Origin: a virus
Virus record (IMG/VR): IMGVR_UViG_3300002854_000001
Span: 6,398 to 70,397 of that record
Direction: 5' to 3' (one strand)
Length of the DNA: 64,000 nucleotides
Position 1 is the stretch's first letter. Every line of letters starts with the position of its first letter. Below are positions 9,422-18,481 of this stretch, piece after piece. The position numbers and the translations under genes are program-made. A model generated the notes under the pieces. That model made no database searches, was not told the origin of the DNA, and saw only the letters and a list, made by a program, of their open reading frames with translations.

Positions 9422-9588
9422 TGACGCCCACTTGTCGTTCTTGTTCTAGGGCCGAGCACGGGCGGCCTCTGGGGCCGACCCGCTCTCTTTCTGCGGGAGC
9501 TGCAACGACGGCTCGTTGCAAGGGTGCGGATTCTAGGGGCCATCCTGGGCCCGCGCAAACGCCCCCATATCCCAGGGCCCGGGCCCGG

Positions 9589-11109
9589 TCAGGCTGGTGT
9601 GACAGCCTCGTTCCGGGTTGTTTCGTAGACCGTTGGCGCGTCCCCCTCGCCGAGGAGCGCGTCCTTCAGGTCCTGGAAGCCGCGTTGCACGGAGTTGATC
9701 TGTGCATCGTTTTCCAGCAGGTTCTTGAACATCCGCACTTGCACGGTTTTGTTCGCTATGGCAATCCGGCAGTTGACAGGGTTGGATTGCCCGTCACGGT
9801 CGAGCCGCGCGACAACTTGCCAGAAGGGCGGGGCCGTGGTGGGAGCTTCGACGATCAGCATGTCGGAGCAAACATGCTGCAGGCCGTCAACGCCGAAGCC
9901 GGCCGACGAAGGCTGAAGCAGGATCGCTCGGCAGTGCGGATCCTCGATGAATCGAGTGATCGCGTCCTGTTTTGCTTTCGAAGTCACCTCGCCGTACACC
10001 GCGACGGCGCCGTACTTCTGAAGTGCGGCAAGCAGCGTTCGGTTCGATCGCACGAAGTGGGCAGCGATGGCCAACTTGCCAGTCGGACCGATCTCGTCGA
10101 AGACCGTGTCGATGACTTCCAGCACCGCGGGGACGCGGCTTTCGTCGTCGTCGAAGTGGCCCCAGTTGACGACGATCTGCTGCAGCGCCGCGTACAGTGC
10201 CGATTCACTCAGAGCGTTGATCTCGCGGCCGTCCTCGAATTCGAGGAGCTTCTCCACCGACAGCTGCTGGTACAGCTTCAGATGTGCGGGCGCAAGGTCG
10301 TAGCCGATCGGCGTGAACTGGACAGGCGGTAGTTGGTCCTGCACCTCGCGGCGAAGAATTCGGCTGGAGTTGATCCGCATGCTCTCGGCAAGCACGTCGA
10401 GGTTCTCCCACGTCAGGATCTTCTCGTAGTCGTCACGCTCGCCGGCGTGCAGCTTTTCGAAGTGGCGGTGGTTTCGATACCGCCCTGGCGCGATGAGCCG
10501 ACAGTAGCCGTACGCGTCCCCGGGCTTCGTGAGCGGGGTGCCGGTGAGAATCATCACCGGCCGGTCACCGTCGAGGAACTGATAGACCGCCTTGTGGTTG
10601 GCCGACTCGTGGTTCTTCAGGGCATGCCCCTCGTCTCCATTGATTCCTACGCGGCGACCTTCGAAGATTTCCCAGAGAACCTCCCAGTCGTTCTTGAACA
10701 TCTGGTAGGACATGAGAAAGAAGGTGCTGCTGCGATCCAACTTCTTGCGGCGGGCCGGCGTTCCAACCCACTCCGTCACCGTCACAGACTGACCCGTGGC
10801 TTTCCTCGTGATGCTGCGCAGCCAGCGAGCCCACTGTGGAATGAGGATAGGCGGCATCAGCACGATGTAGTTGTTGACGCCGTGGAACTCGAGCTGATAC
10901 AGCATCTGATGCGTCGAGATCGCCGTCTTCCCGGTGCCTGGCTCGTCGTAGTGGCCGGCATGCACGCCGTCGCCTTGGTTGCCGGCCTCGCCGTCATAGA
11001 GAAAAATGCTTTGGTTGCCTTCAGAGAGGCGGTTGACCTCCTCGTATTGGTAGGGTCGGAGTTCGAACGGAAAGTTGTACCGCTCCCTGATCGCTTCGTA
11101 CGGCGTCAT
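9589..11109 (-). CDS. SF2 (SNF2-like) helicase
   Basis: DEPGTGKT, GDEGHALKN, ILTGTP, QVVARLDRDGQ. Confidence 0.9.
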   Translation of the reverse strand: MTPYEAIRERYNFPFELRPYQYEEVNRLSEGNQSIFLYDGEAGNQGDGVHAGHYDEPGTGKTAISTHQMLYQLEFHGVNNYIVLMPPILIPQWARWLRSITRKATGQSVTVTEWVGTPARRKKLDRSSTFFLMSYQMFKNDWEVLWEIFEGRRVGINGDEGHALKNHESANHKAVYQFLDGDRPVMILTGTPLTKPGDAYGYCRLIAPGRYRNHRHFEKLHAGERDDYEKILTWENLDVLAESMRINSSRILRREVQDQLPPVQFTPIGYDLAPAHLKLYQQLSVEKLLEFEDGREINALSESALYAALQQIVVNWGHFDDDESRVPAVLEVIDTVFDEIGPTGKLAIAAHFVRSNRTLLAALQKYGAVAVYGEVTSKAKQDAITRFIEDPHCRAILLQPSSAGFGVDGLQHVCSDMLIVEAPTTAPPFWQVVARLDRDGQSNPVNCRIAIANKTVQVRMFKNLLENDAQINSVQRGFQDLKDALLGEGDAPTVYETTRNEAVTPA

Positions 11110-11291
11110 GGGTCTTCTTCGAGAGCTGGTGCACGCCGGCCGCAGGCGAGCGCAAGCGCACCGCAGGGTGCGGCGGCGGCTGAGGTGGATTGAGGGTGGC
11201 GCGCGGAGCGGAGCGGTTACCCGTCCGACCGCGCACGGTCGCTTCGGTCAGCCGCTAGGGCTGACCAAAGAGTGCTTCAGGTAGGTGAGAC

Positions 11292-11762
11292 CTACTTGCG
11301 CTTTGCTATAGCTGCGAGCAGCTGTTGCGCCTGGTCGAGCGATTCAAGGTCGACAGCCTGGTCGTCGTCGAAGGTGCCGCAGAGCCAGCTGCGGGCCTTG
11401 ATCGTTGCCAGCCACCCCGCACCCTGTGCCCGATAGATCGGCAACTGCGTCAGGATCGAGTGGAACTCTATGACCTTGACGAACTGCGGCGCAGGCATCT
11501 GGAGGAGTGCGCGAACCAGCAACGGCTTGTGCCGCTCGCCGACGTCGAATTCTCCGGTGTCGACGCGTGTTGCCACGGTTTTCAGGATCAGCGAGGTGAA
11601 CTGCGGGTCGCGTGGCACAGGCCGAGCGTCGTAATCGAATGACAGGAACGCAAGGTTCCAGCGCTCCGGGTCTTCGGAAAGAAGCCTCGACGTGCTCGGG
11701 CCAACAAACTCGCCGTTGATCGTGCGACCGTAGTCTTCGATTGGCTTTGGCGAGTAGCGCAT
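11292..11762 (-). CDS. Hypothetical protein
   Basis: 156-aa ORF co-oriented with and filling the gap between ligase and helicase. Confidence 0.65.
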   Translation of the reverse strand: MRYSPKPIEDYGRTINGEFVGPSTSRLLSEDPERWNLAFLSFDYDARPVPRDPQFTSLILKTVATRVDTGEFDVGERHKPLLVRALLQMPAPQFVKVIEFHSILTQLPIYRAQGAGWLATIKARSWLCGTFDDDQAVDLESLDQAQQLLAAIAKRK

Positions 11763-11797
11763 GGTGGGGAGGGGTGTTGCAGTGGCAGGTGGCAGGA

Positions 11798-13039
11798 TTA
11801 TTCCTTTTCTCCAGTGAAGGTGTCCCGAAACTTGACGAACCGGGGGTGACGGAGCGACCCATCTGGGGTTCGCTCATGGAAGCCGACCTCGATCAACCTT
11901 CCGATGACGGACGGGTTGTTCCAGATCAGCGCGCGCATGCCCTCGTCGATGCCTGCCACGTTGCACTCGCCGCCGTTCTCCAGCTGAACCACAAAGCCGC
12001 CCGCGGTCTCCGCGTACTTCCCCGTGCCGGGGAACACACGGAGGACCTTGAACTCAGCCGAGTCGTAGTCCTTGAGCTTCATCCAGTTGTAGCCGCGCTT
12101 GAGCTCGTAGGGGGCGTCGAGTCGTTTGACCATGCCGCCTTCCTCGCCAGCGTCCCATTCGGCATTCACTGCCGCCTGCACCTCCTCGTCGGAGTAGCAA
12201 AGCTTCATCGGGACTCGGCCGATGCGTGGGCTGTTGTACGCGGTCACGATCGTGTCCACGAGCTCGAGGCGACGCTCGAGAGGGAGCTCTGAGCCCCCAG
12301 GTCCGAACACGTCGAACACGTTGAAGACGGCGTCCTCCGCAGTCTTCGACTTTCGTCGCACCTGGCTGACGGTGTCGTTGAAGGAGCCGCTTGTTGCCTC
12401 TCCGTCAAGGAAGATCGGCTTGTGGGCCCATTTCTCGAACATCCCGATCAGCTTCATGAGCTCTTCGGCGATTGGCTCGAGGGCGGGGAGGGGGCGGCCT
12501 TCGCGGCTGACCATGCTGACGGTGCCGGCGCTGGGGTCGATGATTGCCACAGCCCGCATGCCGTCCAGCTTCCGCTGAAATCCGACTGGCCATCGCGTGA
12601 CTCGTTTCGCCTCGTACACCTCACTCAGCTGTACGCTGAACTTGGGCACGAGTTCCGGCCACACCTCGTTGATGAGGGTGGTGCCAGTACCGCAGCGTAG
12701 GTCCTTGATCAGGATGCGGCGAAGTACCTCTTGGCTGGCCGGAGTGAGGCGCTCCATCGCTGCTGCGATGGCTGCCTTCGCCCGATTGCCGGTGAGCCGT
12801 CGATGGGCCAAGTCATCGAGCATGGCGATCTCGACGTTCCGGATGGCGCCGTCGCCCGACTTGGTGGGCGGAGCGACCTTGGCGATGCCGTAAGTGACGA
12901 AGGGGTTCATGGCCATGCGAATCAGCCCGGTGTCGCACGGCGTCGCGGTTTTCAGGATGGCTAGCTTCTCGTTCTTGCTCTTTGTGGCGGCGAGACGCTC
13001 GAGGAGTTCATAGGTGTTATTGGAGTTGTAGTTGTCCAT
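11798..13039 (-). CDS. lig: ATP-dependent DNA ligase
   Basis: RKLDGMR (motif I), FLDGEA, FNVFDV, EEGGMVK, WMKLK, LRHPRFVKFR; ATG 13039 with AAGGA RBS. Confidence 0.92.
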   Translation of the reverse strand: MDNYNSNNTYELLERLAATKSKNEKLAILKTATPCDTGLIRMAMNPFVTYGIAKVAPPTKSGDGAIRNVEIAMLDDLAHRRLTGNRAKAAIAAAMERLTPASQEVLRRILIKDLRCGTGTTLINEVWPELVPKFSVQLSEVYEAKRVTRWPVGFQRKLDGMRAVAIIDPSAGTVSMVSREGRPLPALEPIAEELMKLIGMFEKWAHKPIFLDGEATSGSFNDTVSQVRRKSKTAEDAVFNVFDVFGPGGSELPLERRLELVDTIVTAYNSPRIGRVPMKLCYSDEEVQAAVNAEWDAGEEGGMVKRLDAPYELKRGYNWMKLKDYDSAEFKVLRVFPGTGKYAETAGGFVVQLENGGECNVAGIDEGMRALIWNNPSVIGRLIEVGFHERTPDGSLRHPRFVKFRDTFTGEKE

Positions 13040-13041
13040 CG

Positions 13042-13272
13042 TCAGTCCTTGCAGTGAATCGATTCCTTCTCGCAGTTCCGCTGCGCGCTGAGGGGCGGCG
13101 GCGGAGGCTTCAGGCGGGGTTGCATGACGCCCACCGACGGTGGGGGCGAGAAGGCTGGAGTAACCGGGTAGACGACGGGTCGAGGACTCAACGCGATCAG
13201 GATCAGAAGCGCGAGGGCGAAGACGGAGAAGTCCGTCAAGCAGTGCGCGACCCCGGGGCGGGCGTAACCCAT
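13042..13272 (-). CDS. Small membrane protein
   Basis: One hydrophobic helix followed by a Pro-rich tail. Confidence 0.45.
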   Translation of the reverse strand: MGYARPGVAHCLTDFSVFALALLILIALSPRPVVYPVTPAFSPPPSVGVMQPRLKPPPPPLSAQRNCEKESIHCKD

Positions 13273-13277
13273 AGCCC

Positions 13278-13580
13278 TCAGGCGCGAACTGGCCGGCTCT
13301 TGCCGGCGACGCAACGAACCCGGGCGCAGCCCCGAGGCGTGCGGCCGATGCGGTTCGGGAATCCGATGCCGAGTGCGCGCAGGGTGCGCGGCGAGAGGGC
13401 GTCGGAAATCTCTTGGGATAGCCCGTGGACGGCGAGGACCGTTCCAACGGCGAATCCGTCACCCTGGGCGTCGACATCCATCAGGATTTGGTCGACGCGA
13501 ATGGGAGTTTGTGTTTCTGGGTCGATGATGGCCCAGTTGCCTTGACGGTATTCAGCACGGATAAGTGCGGTGGCGTTCAT
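13278..13580 (-). CDS. Hypothetical protein
   Basis: 100-aa ORF, co-oriented and tightly packed. Confidence 0.6.
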   Translation of the reverse strand: MNATALIRAEYRQGNWAIIDPETQTPIRVDQILMDVDAQGDGFAVGTVLAVHGLSQEISDALSPRTLRALGIGFPNRIGRTPRGCARVRCVAGKSRPVRA

Positions 13581-13789
13581 AGTCCGCTAACGTTCGAAAT
13601 GTGGGGTGCTCCCTTGACGCAAGATCGCGTCGCGCGGCTCTATGTCCGCTCAAGCATCCACCTCGATTTGCCGGCCGCGGTCACCGGCTGCGCTTGTGAG
13701 GCTGCGCAGTTGAGCTCTTTGGCCCACAGTCAAGCAGGGTCAGGCCGGCGAGTCCTTGAGCTCGCCGGCAGTACTGGAAATGAGGGTGA

Positions 13790-14035
13790 CTAGGGGAGAA
13801 GCGGGGATCTGGTCCCGTACGCTCGCAGGTCTTGGGTGAGGTTGATCTGCACTCTGCGTTGGACGGACGGACCCCCACCGCTGGTTGTGAGGTGGACAGC
13901 GACGTCCACACCGGCTGCCGTTAGGTCGAAGCCGGCTTGCTGTGCGACATGCTTTGCCAGGATTTCGCCGGCTGTCTTCTCGTCGAGAGTGCACTTCACA
14001 GCGCGCTCGTGGGTTGTTTGATCGCTGAAGTTCAA
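13790..14035 (-). CDS. Hypothetical protein
   Basis: TTG start overlapping the upstream TGA. Confidence 0.5.
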   Translation of the reverse strand: MNFSDQTTHERAVKCTLDEKTAGEILAKHVAQQAGFDLTAAGVDVAVHLTTSGGGPSVQRRVQINLTQDLRAYGTRSPLLP

Positions 14036-14343
14036 CTTCCATCCTTGTCGTGAGGTGCCATCGCCTTCCTTACAGCGTCCTCGACGGTGTCGAAGAATTC
14101 GGCGTCGACTGGAAAGCAGACCACGGCGTTCTTGTACTGAAGGTCCCAGTTGACGGTTGCGTTCTCTGCAATCCAGCGGAACATCCGGCCGTCCTCGATG
14201 TCGCGCTCCACAACTGGCATGACTGCGTCGACGAGCGCGTCGATCTCCCGAGAGTCGCACCAGTCCGTGGCCTCAGTTCGGTCGGCAAGCGCGTCGCTGA
14301 GCGCCTGGCCCACCCTGCGGCGCATCTCCTCCTCGACGCTCAC
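14032..14343 (-). CDS. Hypothetical protein
   Basis: GTG start overlapping the upstream stop. Confidence 0.6.
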   Translation of the reverse strand: MSVEEEMRRRVGQALSDALADRTEATDWCDSREIDALVDAVMPVVERDIEDGRMFRWIAENATVNWDLQYKNAVVCFPVDAEFFDTVEDAVRKAMAPHDKDGS

Positions 14344-14609
14344 TTCTCGGACTCCGGGGGGATCTCGGTGAGCCCGCCGCGGGCGGTCAGAGTCCACACC
14401 CGGCCTGGCATGGCGTTGAGTGCGTCGATCGATGGCGACCCATCGATCAGCAGGCCCAGGATTGCGCCCTTGTCAGTTGGAAGATCGACTTCCTTGATTC
14501 GGACGGCACTGCGCCAAACGGGCTCTTCCTTCTTCCCGTTCTCGTGTGCGTCGCCCTGGGTGGCGAAGAAGCGGGCTTTCTCGGTGTCGGTTCGGACGTA
14601 GAACTTCAT
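14340..14609 (-). CDS. Hypothetical protein
   Basis: MKFYVRTD; ATGA overlap. Confidence 0.6.
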   Translation of the reverse strand: MKFYVRTDTEKARFFATQGDAHENGKKEEPVWRSAVRIKEVDLPTDKGAILGLLIDGSPSIDALNAMPGRVWTLTARGGLTEIPPESEK

Positions 14610-14917
14610 GATGTCGTGGTCGGTTGAGGTGCGGGCGCGACGCCCGTGATGTGTGTGGGAAGTGCCCGCCACCATCGCTTCGCGTCGGACATGCGATAGA
14701 GCAGGCGCTCAGCGGTGGACATGCCCCCGGCCTTGAACTGAGGCTCGAGGCCGCCGTGGAAGCGCATGAGTGCGCGTAGCCGATTCCCCGTGGTGCCGAA
14801 CCTTTCGGCGATCTCATTCAGGTTGAACAGTGGCTCTCGTGGCTTGCCCGTCGGGGCGGTGGTGAGGGTCAACCGGCGGCCACGGCTTCCGATGTTTGCG
14901 CGGGGGATGAAGCTCAA
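14606..14917 (-). CDS. Small HTH-like DNA-binding protein
   Basis: FNLNEIAERFGTTGNRLRALM helix-turn-helix-like segment. Confidence 0.5.
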   Translation of the reverse strand: MSFIPRANIGSRGRRLTLTTAPTGKPREPLFNLNEIAERFGTTGNRLRALMRFHGGLEPQFKAGGMSTAERLLYRMSDAKRWWRALPTHITGVAPAPQPTTTS

Positions 14918-15228
14918 CGGAAGTCAGCTCCCACGACGATGCCGTTCTCTTCGAGCATCGCGACAGCTTCGATGGGCAGCGCCATGATCCCGTCGTAGTC
15001 GTAAAGCTCCTTCGTTTCAGGGCAGTAGAGGATCCCGATCTCCTCGGTTCTCTCGAGACCGGGAATGTCCCACTCGATGTAGCTTTGGCCGGGCTTCACC
15101 TGCCAGAGCTCCATGGTCGACGCGTGGCTGCCTGCGGGGCGGCTGCCCCAGCTGCCATGCACGACGAGATCGGCGGTGAACTCCTTGGTGGCGACCAACT
15201 GCGCGGACATGAGGTTTGGCTCCTTCAT
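14914..15228 (-). CDS. Hypothetical protein
   Basis: Coupled overlaps on both sides; typical codon use. Confidence 0.65.
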   Translation of the reverse strand: MKEPNLMSAQLVATKEFTADLVVHGSWGSRPAGSHASTMELWQVKPGQSYIEWDIPGLERTEEIGILYCPETKELYDYDGIMALPIEAVAMLEENGIVVGADFR

Positions 15229-15419
15229 TGAAAATGACTGCCTCGCGAGGTGCGCAGCTGGTCTTCGACGACGAACGCGGTTCGATGGGCCTGGAACGGG
15301 TCCTGCTGCTTCGTGGCGAGCACTGCACGATCGACCTGCGCGAGGTAGGTCTCATCGAGATCTGGCTGCGGCCGTGGCTGCGGCTTCGCCGTTGTCGGGG
15401 TCTGTTGGTGAACGGTCAT
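15225..15419 (-). CDS. Hypothetical protein
   Basis: ATG 15419 with AAGGA RBS overlapping the upstream stop. Confidence 0.55.
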   Translation of the reverse strand: MTVHQQTPTTAKPQPRPQPDLDETYLAQVDRAVLATKQQDPFQAHRTAFVVEDQLRTSRGSHFQ

Positions 15420-16156
15420 TCCTTTCGCATGAAAAACACCGCCTGCGCCTTCCGGGCACCCGAGCCATGAGCGGGGAAGCCGACAATCGATTTCCGATCG
15501 CGCTGCTGGCAAATGCCGCAGTTGAGACAGTCGGTGTTGCCCGTGGTCGCCGGGCAGACGATGACCTGGCGGCCCCCTGGGGTGCGGACAGCCTTGGTGG
15601 CTTCAGCGGGCAACACGACCACGACAGGGGCCACACCTAGCTCGACGTACTCGTCGGCCTGCTCGAGCGTTTCGGCACTCAGGTTGACCGTGAAGCCGAG
15701 GAGGTTCGCCGATCGGATCGCCTGTCGGTTGGCCAGGGTCGGCGGGTAGTGGGTGTAGGTGAACCCACGTTTGCCCTTGTTCGCGATGGCCAGCCGTGTG
15801 AGCAACTGGCCGTCGATCACGCCTGGCGAGGTGGAGGGGAGGTCTCCGGCCTGGTTATGGCGCCAGAGCGCGTTCCTGCGAATAGTCGAGATCTCCTCGA
15901 GGAGTTCGTCGAAGTCGACGCCGCGCTTTCCGTTGCTGACGGCTTTCCAGTGGATGGCAAGTGGGCCCCCTTCCGCGTAGCAGCCGTTTTTCTTGAAGCT
16001 GCAGTTCGGAGGGCAGGAGTTCTCGCTGGTTGTCGTGACGGGGATGGGGCCCGTCTTCTGATTTCCGCTTACGCGGGTGAAGTGGTAGTTGAAGGTTGCC
16101 GGCTTCGGAGCCGGGGCAGTGGGCGCCTTGCGCGCCCGAACCTTGGTTGCGTGCAT
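15416..16156 (-). CDS. Cys-rich Gp88-like / radical-SAM-like protein
   Basis: CPPNCSFKKNGCYA, RHNQAGDL, FTYTHY, VNLSAET, CPATT..CLNCGIC. Confidence 0.6.
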   Translation of the reverse strand: MHATKVRARKAPTAPAPKPATFNYHFTRVSGNQKTGPIPVTTTSENSCPPNCSFKKNGCYAEGGPLAIHWKAVSNGKRGVDFDELLEEISTIRRNALWRHNQAGDLPSTSPGVIDGQLLTRLAIANKGKRGFTYTHYPPTLANRQAIRSANLLGFTVNLSAETLEQADEYVELGVAPVVVVLPAEATKAVRTPGGRQVIVCPATTGNTDCLNCGICQQRDRKSIVGFPAHGSGARKAQAVFFMRKE

Positions 16157-16246
16157 GCAGCTCCTCTGTGAGGCTTTTGCCTTCTGGGTGGCGGCGGGTC
16201 GAAGATGAGTTGTTGGATCCTCCGGGCTGGATAGCCTGCCGACGAA

Positions 16247-16468
16247 TCAGCCGTAGCCCCGTGCGTTCAGCTTTTCCCGAATCTCGACAGCGCATCGGTG
16301 CCAGGTTGCTCCAGACACCATCGGTGTATCGAGCGCTTCTGGGGTCGAACTCGCGACCTGCTTCGAGAACTGCGCGAGCGCCTGGATAACGAAGACCTGG
16401 ATCAGCGGTCCGCAGCGCGAGTACTCCATGAGCTCCGTGACGAACTCGGTGTTGGTCATCTCTGCCAT
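16247..16468 (-). CDS. Hypothetical protein
   Basis: GGAGG RBS; MTNTEFVTELMEYS..QVFVIQA pattern. Confidence 0.65.
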   Translation of the reverse strand: MAEMTNTEFVTELMEYSRCGPLIQVFVIQALAQFSKQVASSTPEALDTPMVSGATWHRCAVEIREKLNARGYG

Positions 16469-16711
16469 TTATTCCTCCAGGTGTATGACGAGGCCGCCCA
16501 TCAGCGGCTCGCATGCGATCAACTCATCGCGTGCGGGCCCAGGTTCGCAGCAAACCAGGCGTCCTCGGCTGTTCATGAGCGCGATCTCTCGCCACTCGCC
16601 GGGACGCTGCCAGTAGTGGTTCTTGGCGTCATCGACGTTGTCGGGGTGTTGATAGATCCGACACTGGGATCCGATCTCGGTGAAAGCAGGAGCGATGTAG
16701 ACGGTACCCAT
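16469..16711 (-). CDS. Hypothetical protein
   Basis: Abuts neighbours; typical codon use. Confidence 0.6.
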   Translation of the reverse strand: MGTVYIAPAFTEIGSQCRIYQHPDNVDDAKNHYWQRPGEWREIALMNSRGRLVCCEPGPARDELIACEPLMGGLVIHLEE

Positions 16712-16712
16712 C

Positions 16713-17219
16713 TCAGAGCTCCAAAACCTCGGCGCTTGCTACCTGGTGAGCCTTCATGCGGAACGCACCGCCGTGTTCTGACCTGACGTTCCAGCCACGC
16801 CGTCCTAGGCTCGCTTCGAGCACGTAGACAGTGCCGCCATAGCGAACGCGGCAACCGGGTACTAGGGCAACTTTTCGAGCCTTCTTCGACGCGTGGTGAG
16901 CTCGAACCCGTTGACGCCACTCGTAGGCGTAACGTTCGGGGGCAGTCGCGTTGTCGATCAGCCAGAGGGGGCAATTCACCTCTGTCGGTCCCATCTCTTC
17001 GGAGATGCTCTTGTAACCCCAGCCGTGCTCGCGCCCGCCGCTCTGCATGAGGTCGAGGCCGATGGTTTTTTTCCCAGAGGGGGATTCCATGAGGTACCAG
17101 TGGTTGTTGCCCACCGGCATGCTTCGCAAAATCTTGTAGCCCGTCGAGAAACGGCTAGGGTCAGCAAGCCTCGCGAGCAGCTCTTTTCGTCCGCCCGAAT
17201 ATCCAAACAGCCATCCCAT
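16713..17219 (-). CDS. Conserved hypothetical protein (DUF6927-like)
   Basis: MGWLF..GWGYKSISEEMGPTEVNCPL..EWRQRVR signature; family recalled from memory. Confidence 0.6.
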   Translation of the reverse strand: MGWLFGYSGGRKELLARLADPSRFSTGYKILRSMPVGNNHWYLMESPSGKKTIGLDLMQSGGREHGWGYKSISEEMGPTEVNCPLWLIDNATAPERYAYEWRQRVRAHHASKKARKVALVPGCRVRYGGTVYVLEASLGRRGWNVRSEHGGAFRMKAHQVASAEVLEL

Positions 17220-17228
17220 CTGTAGCTC

Positions 17229-17468
17229 CTATGTGAGGTTCGGAAATGCCATGTTGGGCATGACCGGGCTCGAGAGTCCCTTGCAGCTCTGCGAGCGGGT
17301 GCCGTTGATTGCCACCAGCAGGATCACTGCAAGGGAGGTGATGCAGACGAGGCCGGTTACGCGGCGACGAGCTCGTCCGCTTGAGCCGTTGACAGCTGCG
17401 ATCGTCCAGAGGGCGCCGCAGAAGAGAAGGGATAGCGATAGCGCTGCGGGAAGGGAGGTGATGGACAT
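17229..17468 (-). CDS. Small membrane protein
   Basis: Two hydrophobic segments. Confidence 0.5.
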   Translation of the reverse strand: MSITSLPAALSLSLLFCGALWTIAAVNGSSGRARRRVTGLVCITSLAVILLVAINGTRSQSCKGLSSPVMPNMAFPNLT

Positions 17469-17705
17469 TCACGCTTTCCCTACTTTCCAGCCACGCTTCG
17501 CGGCCTTCTTTCGATCGACCTCTGCATTCCAACGACGCACCTCGTCGTTGACTTGGATCCGAGCGCTTCGGTCGACGATAGATTCCTGGTGGCGGCTTCC
17601 ACGGCGAAGGGCAGTGCCGCGCGAGGGAGTGATCGGCGAGAGACTGGGTAGCGCGGCGAGGCCGGAGGCGGCGACCGCGAGGAGGAGTGAGCTGATCTTG
17701 CGCAT
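17469..17705 (-). CDS. Small basic protein
   Basis: Hydrophobic N-terminus and Arg/Lys-rich C-terminus; follows a terminator. Confidence 0.5.
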   Translation of the reverse strand: MRKISSLLLAVAASGLAALPSLSPITPSRGTALRRGSRHQESIVDRSARIQVNDEVRRWNAEVDRKKAAKRGWKVGKA

Positions 17706-17715
17706 TGATGGGCGT

Positions 17716-17738
17716 AAAAAAGCCCGCTCGAGGCGGGC
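17716..17738 (-). terminator. Rho-independent terminator
   Basis: Minus strand GCCCGC-CTCGA-GCGGGC-TTTTTT. Confidence 0.8.
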
Positions 17739-17765
17739 CTGGGGTGTGGGCAGCCTAAGTAAGGC

Positions 17766-17975
17766 TCAGATTTCTTCCACCACCTGGATGACCACCGTGT
17801 CGGTGGCGGTCAGCGGTGCGGAGAGCGAGAGCTGCTCCGGTGTGCGGACGAAGGGGGCGGGAAAGGAACCTACTTTGACGTGTGGTCGCAGTGCGAGGGC
17901 GACGAGGTTGGCGATCTCAGTCAGACTGGCGTGTGAAGGGCCTGAGATCGTGATGGTGACAAGTGCGAGGGTCAT
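17766..17975 (-). CDS. Hypothetical protein
   Basis: MTLALVTITISG, 69 aa, ends just before the terminator. Confidence 0.5.
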   Translation of the reverse strand: MTLALVTITISGPSHASLTEIANLVALALRPHVKVGSFPAPFVRTPEQLSLSAPLTATDTVVIQVVEEI

Positions 17976-18022
17976 GGGCGGATGGTCTTCGAACGGCGGC
18001 CACCTCGCACCTATCAAATCGG

Positions 18023-18481
18023 TTAGTTGTCTAGGTCCGCAAGCCTCGCCAGCTTCTCCTCGACTTCGGGCGTGACGATCTTCACGGTGCCGTGCAGCGC
18101 ACCCATGGCGTTGCCGTAGCGCTCGGGCGTGACGTTGGGAATCTCCCAGGTGCTTGAGTAGCCCGATGCAGCTTCCACGATCACCGTCAGGTTGGCGTGG
18201 CCTTGGATCAGGGGGGGAGGTGCCGGCGGCTGTTCGTACAAGGGGTGGCACTCTCTCCCCAGTTTCGGCGCTTCGTCGTACCGCCATTCGTACCCGAACT
18301 TTGTTTCAACCCATCGATACGCGACCGGCTGGCGCGCGAAAGCCCTGCACAGTTTGATGATGTCGTTGGCGCGATTGCCGAGTGCGACGAGGGCCTTGAG
18401 TTGCTCTTCGTCAGCGCCGCTGAGCCCGCGCGCCTCGTTCTTGAGGACGCGTCTTGCGAGGGTTTGGATTTCGTTGTTCAG
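18023..18481 (-). CDS. Hypothetical protein (Eaa/Ead-like motif), probable CTG start
   Basis: Frame stays open 80 codons upstream of the TTG in the ORF track; AAGGAAG RBS 6 nt before CTG 18481; QPVAY..PLYEQPPAP. Confidence 0.55.
   Translation of the reverse strand: MNNEIQTLARRVLKNEARGLSGADEEQLKALVALGNRANDIIKLCRAFARQPVAYRWVETKFGYEWRYDEAPKLGRECHPLYEQPPAPPPLIQGHANLTVIVEAASGYSSTWEIPNVTPERYGNAMGALHGTVKIVTPEVEEKLARLADLDN

Noticed and set aside
11221-11295. Hammerhead or twister ribozyme
   Set aside because: CTGAAG and CGAAG are present, but the CUGANGA/GAAA core and three-stem geometry do not fit.
13600-13790. Intergenic hairpin GCCGGCGAG/CTCGCCGGC as a terminator or sRNA
   Set aside because: No U-tract and no supporting promoter could be identified; evidence too weak.
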